Positions 19,165 through 27,936 of a stretch of 64,000 bases of DNA are shown one piece after another; position 1 is the stretch's first letter, and every line of letters begins with the position of its first letter. Both the position numbers and the translations under genes were made by a program. The notes under the pieces were generated by a model. The model ran no database searches, was not told where the DNA came from, and worked only from the letters and a program-made list of their open reading frames with translations. The DNA is from a bacterium. GTDB lineage: Bacteria; Armatimonadota; Zipacnadia; Zipacnadales; UBA11051. The DNA lies in the NCBI GenBank assembly GCA_030604405.1, contig JAUVVY010000013.1:3267-67266 (forward strand), given 5' to 3'.

Positions 19165-19627
19165 GTTACCTCCCGCCACAGGATGTGGCATGTATCGGGT
19201 ACGTGATGGGGCACTATTCCCTGCGGGGCGCAGCTATTCCTGCATGGGAAGGAGATCGGCGGCCGGATGACTACTGCGCAGGCGGCCAGGCGCACAGGTC
19301 GAGGTTCATTGAACTACCGATACGCTCCATACTCGGCCCACTGCCCGTCGGTGTCCCACGTGCCGTGTGCAAGGCCGCCCGATGCGCCGACCTTCTCGAC
19401 GACCTTGGTGTCCTTCCGGAAAACTCATGTCAGCCACATTCATGGGCCTCACTGGTGTTTTCGCCGGGAATCTAATGCTGCTCACACCGCACACGATTGT
19501 GGTATTCGAACATAGGAACTTCATCTGGGCACGGTTTTCCGGGAAGGACAACCCCCGACGGTGAGCTGCGATATGGGCTGGGCCCTTCGATGGCGCGGAT
19601 CTGCAGTGCATCGTGCTAGGAGAAGCG

Positions 19628-19656
19628 TTGGCAAAGGATAGCCAAAGGGGTATAAT
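19628..19656 (+). promoter_or_regulatory. Near-consensus sigma70 promoter
   Basis: TTGGCA-17 nt-TATAAT. Confidence 0.7.
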
Positions 19657-19748
19657 CACTCAATACTCCGGGGCGAAGGCAGGAGAGGCGACACGCGCGC
19701 GGGATCGCGGGCGCTTTCACCAGCTTGACTGAGAAAAGGGTGTGTGAA

Positions 19749-20193
19749 ATGAGCAATGTGCCGATGACAAGGCCGGAAGAGGCGCTGGCGATTCATGAAC
19801 AACACTATGGACACTCGGTCACCTTCGTCGGATTGGAGAACGGTCGGATACTCGAATCCACCGGCGCGGCCTCGGCATGCTGCTCGAAGAACACATCCAC
19901 TAGTATTTCGGCCATTGCCCCAAGATCGGTGCGCGTAATGCTGTTCTGAAAACGCGACAAGGTCGGCTGTAACGCCAGGTCATCGCCGACCTCGATGGCG
20001 ACGGCACGCCGGCGATAATGGTAGGCACCGAGGGCGGCATGGTGCGCGTTGTTGACGCCAAGGGCAACATCCTGAGCACGCTGGCGACCGGCGGCAATGT
20101 AACAAAGCTTGTCGCGGCTGATTTCAACGGCGACGGCAAGATCCAGATCGCCGCTGGTTGCGATAACGGCTTCATCTATGGTGATGTCAAATA
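19749..20193 (+). pseudogene. Fused gene remnants: N-terminal stub (MSNVPMTRPEE...) and FG-GAP/VCBS C-terminal fragment
   Basis: Short stub after the promoter; in another frame ~19979-20193 reads VIADLDGDGTPAIMVG...AADFNGDGKIQIAAGCDNGFIYGDVK*, containing two DxDGDG-type repeats. Confidence 0.6.
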
Positions 20194-20504
20194 GCAAGGG
20201 CCGGCACCGCTGTGAAGGCCGGAATAGTTGGGGAGCGCCTCTGCGGAGTTGGCATGGCGGCATGTGTGATTCGTTCCATAACAGCACCAGCTACCAGTTC
20301 ATGACCGGGGCCAGTGGGTGGCTCAGCGCGGTGGGTCGGGATTGCCACTGCGGGGCTGCGTGAACGGGCCTTGATGCGTTGGTACTCGATGCGCCGGATG
20401 TCTATCTCGAAGTACATTCCGTGCCCCCTCTCAGCCGTGGAAGCTGTAGGGAGAACGGGGACGATCAGCGCTGGGCAGCCACGGCGCTGCAGGGAAGTGT
20501 GAAG

Positions 20505-22016
20505 ATGCCGCTGTTTGATGGCGTGAGGGTCCTCACCAAAGAGCAAATGCATGACATTCATCTCACGGTGCTGAGAGTTCTGAGGGAGGTGGGTCTCGAG
20601 ATTCATCTCTCGAGCGAGTCCTTTGCGCGATTACGAGAGCGGGGGTTGCGGGTCGATGAATCCGCCCGACGGGTCTGGCTGGAGGACGAAGCGGTGCTGG
20701 AGACTATTCGGCAGTTGTCTGAAGCGCGCTCGCCGGAGGTCACCGTTGAAGGGGTGGACAAAGACGCTCTGCTGCATATCCTGCCCGCCAGGCTTGACTT
20801 CATCGTAGGCGCCCACCACGGCTTTGTACTCGATGAACGCGACCAGATGCGACCGGTGGGCCGGGAAGACATGCTTGACTCCTTGCGAGTTCAGAGGTGC
20901 TTGCCCGGCGTCTCGGTCAATAGGAGTGGGCTTTTGACTCAGGAGGTACCCGAGGCGGTGGCATGGGTGCACACTACTGCCTTCAATGTGAAGTACTGTG
21001 AGGATCCGTGGGCCACGGATTGTAATGGGCCGCAGGACGCAAGATGGATAACACGCATTATGCGGGCGGCAGGTGTCTGGGATGAGGACACCGAGCACGG
21101 CGGGAGCATTTATGCGCGTAGTCCGCTGTGTCTTACAGGTCGCGGCGCCGAGTTCCTCGAACTTGCAGCGCGGGCGGGCCGACCCCGCAGGGTCACCGGC
21201 ATGCCTGCCTCAGCAGCGACGGCTCCGGGAACGATGGTCGGCTATCTGGTGCAGTATTTGACGGAAAGCTTCGGCTTTACCACAATCGGCCGGCTGATAG
21301 CTGAGCCACCCAACGATGTCATCAGCCCGTGTGTCCAGGGTGACGACATTACGGCTATGGACGTGCGCCGGGGCATCTATTTCATAGCCGGCCCGGACAT
21401 CTCGCTTATGCGCATGAGTGCCAAGCAGATATTCGGGGAGTTCTACAAGATCCCGGGAAGTAGCTGCTGTTCAATCCGCACTTTCACCGATGCCAAGAAG
21501 CCGGGAATTCAGGCAGCAACAGAGAAAACCTTCCAGGCGCTCTGTGACCTGATGGTCGGCGTCTATTCAGACACGCCCGAGCCAGTCGTCGAAATGAGTT
21601 GCACCGGCTCACTCAACTGCAATCTGGCTTTGTCGCTGGAACAGGCGGTCATAGACCACGAGCTATTCCAAAGCTTGGAGCGCCTGCTGGCGGGCGTGCG
21701 GGTCGATGAGGACACTCTGGGATTTGAGGCTATCAAGCGTGTTGGACCGAGCGGCCTATTCCTCAGCGACGAGCACACGGTTAAGCACGCGCGAAGCGAA
21801 TGGTGGTTTCCCGGTTTGTATCACCGGGGGTCGTGGGACGCTTGGGTGGATGAGGGAAGGCCCGATGTGCGCCGGCGCGCCCGCGAGGTGGTTCATGAAG
21901 CCCAAAAGGCTGAGATTGCGTGTGTGCTGCCGGACGATGTAGCGGGGGAAGTGAACCGCCTGGTACGGGAAGCGGAGTTAGACCTGCTCGGTACGACCAC
22001 TGGCACGGTGCCCTAA
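20505..22016 (+). CDS. Trimethylamine methyltransferase (MttB superfamily) protein, non-pyrrolysine type
   Basis: IHLTVLRVLREVGL, APGTMVG, DAKKPGIQAATEK, SLEQAVIDHE and VGPSGLFLSDEHT motifs; no in-frame TAG. Confidence 0.85.
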   Translation: MPLFDGVRVLTKEQMHDIHLTVLRVLREVGLEIHLSSESFARLRERGLRVDESARRVWLEDEAVLETIRQLSEARSPEVTVEGVDKDALLHILPARLDFIVGAHHGFVLDERDQMRPVGREDMLDSLRVQRCLPGVSVNRSGLLTQEVPEAVAWVHTTAFNVKYCEDPWATDCNGPQDARWITRIMRAAGVWDEDTEHGGSIYARSPLCLTGRGAEFLELAARAGRPRRVTGMPASAATAPGTMVGYLVQYLTESFGFTTIGRLIAEPPNDVISPCVQGDDITAMDVRRGIYFIAGPDISLMRMSAKQIFGEFYKIPGSSCCSIRTFTDAKKPGIQAATEKTFQALCDLMVGVYSDTPEPVVEMSCTGSLNCNLALSLEQAVIDHELFQSLERLLAGVRVDEDTLGFEAIKRVGPSGLFLSDEHTVKHARSEWWFPGLYHRGSWDAWVDEGRPDVRRRAREVVHEAQKAEIACVLPDDVAGEVNRLVREAELDLLGTTTGTVP

Positions 22017-22388
22017 CACTGGCCTGCAGCGCAAGTCAGCGAGAGTGGGCAGAGCGTCCTATTTTGTCCACGAAGGCCTCACGACGTCGAGGTGTCGGCT
22101 GTTTCGGCCAGGGATTTCCGGCAGCGACTCTTAGCCGCTCTGGACGGGCGGCGCCCTGACGTCATGCTCTGGCTTGCTGACCTCACGTAATGGTATGACC
22201 TGCCCCCCTGCGCGTCTCCGTTATGCGGGAGGGCAGGAGCCTCCCACACGTACGCCCGTGTGGCCGCCAGCACGCGCGCGCTGCCAGGCATGGCGCAGGT
22301 GGTCTGGGCAGGAATGTGGAAATCAAACATTGGACAACACATGCGCAGGTCCGAAGCCTCGCAGTAACCGGCACACAGGGAGGTCGGT

Positions 22389-23411
22389 ATGGCACGCGTG
22401 CTTGTTGTGACAATCATCGTGACGGCACTGGCGGCGTCGGTGATGCACGCGACACCAGTCGCGTACGTGGCAGGCGTTCGCGGTCAATCGCTATCAGAGC
22501 GCACGAGGGTGGAAGTGGTCGAGGATACAGGCGGTGACGCGATCGTGGTAAGCGAGGGGCTGCAGGCGGCGGTGAGTCCGGCCTGGGCACCGGACGGTTC
22601 GCGGCTGGCCTTCCAGGCCATCGAGGGCATCTATGCCGACGTATTCGTCTGCGACCGCGACGGAGCCAACCGCGTAAACATCACGGCCGGCAGCAAGACA
22701 TTCGACACGATGCCGCAGTTCGTCGGCGATGCCGACACGGTCGTGTATCTGTCAGGGCCGGACAAGACAGTGGTCATGGCGGCCGACCTGAAGACCGGCA
22801 CGAGCAGGCAGCTAACCGAAGACGCGCTGTTCTACAAGCAGCCGGTGGCTCTGCCCGACGGCTCCGGCGTGGTCGTTACCGGCCTTGAGAAGGTACGGGG
22901 GGTCGGCGATATCTACCTGGTGAAGTTGGATGGCACGGTGAGCAACGTGACGCAGGCTCCCGCGCTTTATTCGCGCCCGGCGATATCCCCCGACGGCAGT
23001 ACGGTCGCGTTCTGCTACGACAGGCGCGACATCGGCGGGGCCACGCGCGGAGTGGCCTCGCTCCCAATGGCAGGCGGAGGGCCGACACTGCTTGCCAAGG
23101 ACGGCTATCCGCTGGCCGTGTTGGTTTACTCGCCGGACGGGTCGCAGATAGCGTACACGTCTTCGCCCTTCTACAACACAACATGGATCACTCTGATCAC
23201 CGCAACCGGCTCGGAGGCGCAGCGGCTGAAGGTCGGTACATACCATATCATCGCCTGGCCGAGCTTCTCGCCGGATGGTAGCAAACTTGCCTATCATGGT
23301 ATCTATGCGGCGGTGTTCACGGTTCATGTCGTTAACCTGGCCAGCGGCGAGGATGTGAACCTGTGTGTTGCCGGAAAGACCGGCGTACGAGCGGTGTATG
23401 CTCCCCGATAG
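22389..23411 (+). CDS. Secreted TolB-like beta-propeller (PD40 repeats)
   Basis: GGAGG RBS; signal peptide; PAWAPDG, PAISPDG, YSPDG and PSFSPDG repeats. Confidence 0.85.
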   Translation: MARVLVVTIIVTALAASVMHATPVAYVAGVRGQSLSERTRVEVVEDTGGDAIVVSEGLQAAVSPAWAPDGSRLAFQAIEGIYADVFVCDRDGANRVNITAGSKTFDTMPQFVGDADTVVYLSGPDKTVVMAADLKTGTSRQLTEDALFYKQPVALPDGSGVVVTGLEKVRGVGDIYLVKLDGTVSNVTQAPALYSRPAISPDGSTVAFCYDRRDIGGATRGVASLPMAGGGPTLLAKDGYPLAVLVYSPDGSQIAYTSSPFYNTTWITLITATGSEAQRLKVGTYHIIAWPSFSPDGSKLAYHGIYAAVFTVHVVNLASGEDVNLCVAGKTGVRAVYAPR

Positions 23412-23430
23412 ACCGCAGAGGTGGCTTGCT

Positions 23431-26424
23431 ATGCGCACGAGTGCTCTGTGTCTGACAGCGACGGGGCTGCTGCTGTGGATGGTGGCGGCTGCGCAGGCTG
23501 ACATCTGGACGGCCGAGCTGGATGATCGGGAGATCCACCCTTGCCTTGCCTTCACCAAGGCCGACCTGCCGGCGATCAGGGAGAGGGTCCAGCGGCCGCC
23601 GTACAGCGTGTTCTACTCGGCCGTGAAGAGCCAGCCCGGGCCGGTTGCCAAGGCATTTCTATGGGCCGTCGAGGCCGACGAAGAGGCCGCGGAAGCGGCA
23701 CGGCGGATGCTGCTACGGGCCGACCCCGACGGCTATCACTGTGCGTGTGGCACAGGTGGGCCCATGCAGGTGTACGCCGAGGCGTATGACATGCTGTTCG
23801 ACTACCCGGGCCTGACAGAGACGGACCACGGCATCATCCGCAAGAAGCTGGCGACGGCGTGTGAGCGGATGTACCTGTCGGGCCTTCGTAGCGGGCCCGG
23901 TCAAAACGCCGGGAATCAGCGTGTGCGGGGGCTGTCGGGCTTGGGTGCAGCGGCGCTGGTGATCCGGGGCTACAAGGACGCCGCACACACGCCGCAGGAG
24001 TGGCTGCAGAGGGTCCTCGACGGCATCCACCAGGAGGACAACCTGCGCTTCTTCCGGCCCGACGGCATGTTCATAGAGGGCCCGGACTATGCCTCGTTCA
24101 CGATGTCGCTGATGATGACCTTCGCCCGCTACTATGAGAAGAACTGCGGTAAGTGGCTGTTTGATGAACCCGCATTGCGCAATGCACTGCAGTACCTGGT
24201 GTACATCACCCAACCCGACGGCCGCTGCGCAGGACTGGGTACCACCAACTACCGCAGTGTCATTCGTGCCGTGCGACCGGCCATCGGCGCGGGACTGATC
24301 GAGGACCAGGAGTTCTACCGGTGGGCGACAGATGAGTGGAGCAGCATCGGATCAGGGACATGGCGCGACATGATGCTGTTCGATGATACCGTCAAGCCGT
24401 CAAAGCGCGCCTTCGCTCCTACGCGCTTCTTCCCCGTGTCGCAAGAGGCGCACCTGCGCAGCGCATGGTCGCGCACGGCGGTGTGTATGTGGCTGAAGGG
24501 CAAGGACCCGTGGCTGGCAAAGACCTACCGGGTGTACAGCCACGGCGATGTTGCCAGCTTCTCGCTCCATGCCTACGGCGAGCTTCTGGCCGTTGATGCC
24601 GGCTACGACCACTGGGTCAGCTACGAGCTGTATGCACCGGAACTGCACAACTGCCTGCTGGTGGACGGCAAGGGCCCGGTGAATGATACGCCCGGGCTGC
24701 TCAAGAACCCGTTAGCGACGCCGTTTGTCGAGGCCGCGGACATCACCGCCACCTACGAGGGAGTTGAGCACACCCGCACCGTCGTGTTTCCCGACAAGCG
24801 CTACTTCGTGTTCACCGATGACATCGTCAGCGCAGAACAGAAGACGTACCAGTGGCAGCTTCACAGTCCGGTGACGCGGGGCAAGGCCGAGATCAGTATT
24901 GACGGCAACAGGACTTCGTGGACCGGATACGACCCGACCACCGATATAGCCGGGAACGTGAAGCTTGACACGATCTTCGCCGGGCCGGTGAGTGTAAGGC
25001 CGATGGAGAAGTCGCGCTGGCAGCCGTTCAACTCGGACCCGAAGACCGGCTCGTACGACAACTGGGCCGTCGTCGCCGAGCGGATGGCGGACAGTTGCCG
25101 CTACCTGGTAGTGCTGTATCCGCATCCGACCGCGGTCACGCCGCCGGACATCCAGACACCACAGATTGACGGGGGGCTGTGTGCGACTATCACGGCGCGT
25201 GCTCACCGCGACATCGCTCTAGCGTGTGAGGGTGAGGGCCCGGCTTCATTCGAGAAGCTGTCCACGACGTGCCGGACGGCGATGGTGCGAGAAGCGGCCG
25301 GCCGCATCCTGTGGGCATACGCCAACGGCGCGGGACGGGTCGAGCATGACGGCAAGCTCGTAGTGGAGCTTGGGGAGGGCAGCCCGTGTGCGGTGGCTAT
25401 CAAGTTCGACAGCGAGGGCCCCTCGCGCCTGTACTTCACAGGCGAGGAGCCGGCGCCGCGCATCAGCGTCCCGGTGCGCTCCGACCAGACGAAGATCCTT
25501 CGCCTCGACGCGACTGGACGGTGGCAGGACGTGGCGGCGACCGTTGAGGGTGGCCGACTCAGCTTCCAGGCGACGGACGCCGCACAACGCGGGGCGCTGG
25601 TGCTCTTCGGCTCGCCGACGAAGCTCGTGCTGGACGACGACGCCGCGCCGCAAATAGCGGCCGTTGAGATTGACGGCGAGGCACAGAGCCCGGCCGAACA
25701 GATAGACCTGGGCCACGTCAGGGAGGCCCCGGGAACGCTGGCGGTCGAGTTCGTGGAAGACGAGAGCGCACTGGACCTGACGTCACTGGCCGTGACCGGC
25801 AACGGACTCCCCCTGAAGGCGGAGGTGCAGACGAAGCTCAGTGACGACGGTCAGCGGCTGCGTGTTGCCGTTGACCTGGCGGAGCTTGTCGGCAGGATGG
25901 ACTATGGTGTCACCGTGGCAGTCAGCGACCTGGCCGCCGAAGGCCACATCGCCGCCTTTACGCTGAAGTTCTCCACGGCGTCGCTGCTGGCTAATGCGGG
26001 GTTCGAGCTGGGGTCACCGAGCCCTCGGAACTGGAGCACCAGGACATGGTCATCTGACGAGAACACCAAGTACGAGATGCGCACGGTAGAGGACAATCCG
26101 CGGTCCGGCAAGCGCTGCTTGCTGATGCGAGGCATAGCCGGCCGCCTGAACCTATGCACCCAGCAGGACGTCAAGCTGCAGGTCGGCAAGAGCTACGTTT
26201 TTTCAGGCTATCGGCGCGGCGATGCGCCGTCGAGTTGTTCTGTGGTGTCCGACGGGGGCAGGATCGAGTACCTCAACTCGCCGGCGTGGCCGCCCTCCGA
26301 TGAGTGGGCGCCGTTTTCGTGGGAGTTCAAGGTCTCCCTGCCCGCGGCGAGCTTCACGGTCGTGGTGCGCCATGGGTCTGTTGGCAGCGTGTACTTCGAT
26401 GACCTCAGCCTGGAACAGATGTGA
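23431..26424 (+). CDS. Secreted heparinase II/III-like protein with C-terminal carbohydrate-binding module
   Basis: Signal peptide; HPCL start, DGMFIEGPDY, YSHGDVASFSLHAYGELLAVDAGY and LHNCLLVDG motifs; C-terminal NAGFE...VYFDDLSL CBM-like domain. Confidence 0.8.
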   Translation: MRTSALCLTATGLLLWMVAAAQADIWTAELDDREIHPCLAFTKADLPAIRERVQRPPYSVFYSAVKSQPGPVAKAFLWAVEADEEAAEAARRMLLRADPDGYHCACGTGGPMQVYAEAYDMLFDYPGLTETDHGIIRKKLATACERMYLSGLRSGPGQNAGNQRVRGLSGLGAAALVIRGYKDAAHTPQEWLQRVLDGIHQEDNLRFFRPDGMFIEGPDYASFTMSLMMTFARYYEKNCGKWLFDEPALRNALQYLVYITQPDGRCAGLGTTNYRSVIRAVRPAIGAGLIEDQEFYRWATDEWSSIGSGTWRDMMLFDDTVKPSKRAFAPTRFFPVSQEAHLRSAWSRTAVCMWLKGKDPWLAKTYRVYSHGDVASFSLHAYGELLAVDAGYDHWVSYELYAPELHNCLLVDGKGPVNDTPGLLKNPLATPFVEAADITATYEGVEHTRTVVFPDKRYFVFTDDIVSAEQKTYQWQLHSPVTRGKAEISIDGNRTSWTGYDPTTDIAGNVKLDTIFAGPVSVRPMEKSRWQPFNSDPKTGSYDNWAVVAERMADSCRYLVVLYPHPTAVTPPDIQTPQIDGGLCATITARAHRDIALACEGEGPASFEKLSTTCRTAMVREAAGRILWAYANGAGRVEHDGKLVVELGEGSPCAVAIKFDSEGPSRLYFTGEEPAPRISVPVRSDQTKILRLDATGRWQDVAATVEGGRLSFQATDAAQRGALVLFGSPTKLVLDDDAAPQIAAVEIDGEAQSPAEQIDLGHVREAPGTLAVEFVEDESALDLTSLAVTGNGLPLKAEVQTKLSDDGQRLRVAVDLAELVGRMDYGVTVAVSDLAAEGHIAAFTLKFSTASLLANAGFELGSPSPRNWSTRTWSSDENTKYEMRTVEDNPRSGKRCLLMRGIAGRLNLCTQQDVKLQVGKSYVFSGYRRGDAPSSCSVVSDGGRIEYLNSPAWPPSDEWAPFSWEFKVSLPAASFTVVVRHGSVGSVYFDDLSLEQM

Positions 26425-26469
26425 GCGTGCCGGCGCTGCGAGTGCGCCTCGCTGCGCGGGCTTGCGGCC

Positions 26470-27744
26470 CTACTGCGAGGCAACTGCCCAGACGTGCACG
26501 AGGGACTTGTCTCCGTCCGCCCGCGGCTGAAAGACGTATAGATAGCCCCGCTCGCGGTCGAAGCATGCCGCAGCTACGTGACTCTTCTGCTGAGCGCCGA
26601 CAACGCCGTAGAGGTACTGGTCAATGTCCAGTGTAGCGTAGGGCTGGGGCTGATGCGGTGGCATGGCGCCACGCGCCACGGCAGCAAGGTCGTTTGCGTC
26701 ATAAAAGATCATCTGAGCGACGAACCCCGTGCTCCACCACCCGCGCTGCCCCTGTGGATCGGACGGAAAGGGTGGCTCATCGGGCCACACGGTTCCGTCT
26801 GGAAGGCCGTACCAGCAGTCGCCCCAGCCCTTTGTCCCGATAAACACGACTGCCGCCTGCTCGCCCGCTGTGAGCCACGCCCCACCCGTCCACTCGTCGG
26901 CGTGGTGGTAGTTGTCCAAGGTGTGGTAAGGTGGCTCGTCGGTGGCAGTACTGGAATACAGCAGCAGCGGCGTGGCGGAAAGGACAGTATCGGGAGCGGG
27001 GGGATTGCCCTGGTTCCATGGCCCGCACGCAAACAGAGCCGGCCCCTGGCCACTCCATCCGCCGTCGCGAAATCTGCCGGTGGCCAGCCGCATTCCGGGG
27101 GTGTTGGCATTGGCCCAGGCCTGCGGAATCTCGAACATGTAATCGTTCACGCTGTAGGGCGAGTAGTCCCCGATCCACCACGCCCCCCGCGAGTTGGACA
27201 GATCCAGGTCGCACCACATGTGGGAGGCCACGCATTCTTCCTCATCCTGGAGGTGTCCCCCCCAGCAGAGGTAGAGCTTGCCCGATGTCTGAGATCCCTG
27301 GGGCGGCAGGTACTCCATACCCACCCTTGGCATTTCTTGCAGCACGTTCAGCGAGCCGACACCCGCTCTCACGTCGCGGAAATCTTGCGCGGTCGTCGCC
27401 GTGTTGAGCTCATCGGGGCTATGGTTGACCGAGATGACCGGTGCGGGTATGCTGATCTCGGAGACGTACTTCTGCCAGTCGTGGCCAACGCCGAAGATCG
27501 TTCCCGGATAGCCGTCAGGCGGCCCGGAAGGATCGCCGTTGGGATAGTAGGCCATAGCATCGCCACTGTACTCCCAATTCGATCCCCCAGATCCGTCGGG
27601 CAGACGGAACGCACCACGATAGACGAGTTCGTCCGGTTGGAGGCGTTGGGTTGGGCCTGTGTCGTCGCCCAGAACACCGCTGCCGCAGCCCGCAGCCAGG
27701 CACAAGCAGCACAGCGCGAGAATGAGAAACGTTGACCGTATCAT
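26470..27744 (-). CDS. Hypothetical lipoprotein (probable beta-propeller)
   Basis: AGGAGG RBS; lipobox LAAG-C; YRGAFRLP at the N-terminus, LVHVW at the C-terminus. Confidence 0.75.
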   Translation of the reverse strand: MIRSTFLILALCCLCLAAGCGSGVLGDDTGPTQRLQPDELVYRGAFRLPDGSGGSNWEYSGDAMAYYPNGDPSGPPDGYPGTIFGVGHDWQKYVSEISIPAPVISVNHSPDELNTATTAQDFRDVRAGVGSLNVLQEMPRVGMEYLPPQGSQTSGKLYLCWGGHLQDEEECVASHMWCDLDLSNSRGAWWIGDYSPYSVNDYMFEIPQAWANANTPGMRLATGRFRDGGWSGQGPALFACGPWNQGNPPAPDTVLSATPLLLYSSTATDEPPYHTLDNYHHADEWTGGAWLTAGEQAAVVFIGTKGWGDCWYGLPDGTVWPDEPPFPSDPQGQRGWWSTGFVAQMIFYDANDLAAVARGAMPPHQPQPYATLDIDQYLYGVVGAQQKSHVAAACFDRERGYLYVFQPRADGDKSLVHVWAVASQ

Positions 27745-27763
27745 GGCTGGTCCTCCTGGATGC

Positions 27764-27792
27764 AGTATAATCCATCACCTGCTCGCATTCAA
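27764..27792 (-). promoter_or_regulatory. Sigma70-type promoter of the lipoprotein gene
   Basis: Minus strand TTGAAT-17 nt-TATACT just upstream of the RBS. Confidence 0.6.
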
Positions 27793-27936
27793 GATGGACC
27801 AAGATTCGGGGTTGAGAACACCGGTTTACGCCGCGCGCAGGTGCGCGCACCTGCCTTGACGAAGAACCATCACACGGTACGGAGGTCCCGACGCACAGCA
27901 TGGTGTACCTTCCCGGCCCTACAAAGGAGACCCACA

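Noticed and set aside
20505..22016. Pyrrolysine-containing trimethylamine methyltransferase
   Set aside because: The ORF is full length with no internal TAG and ends in TAA.
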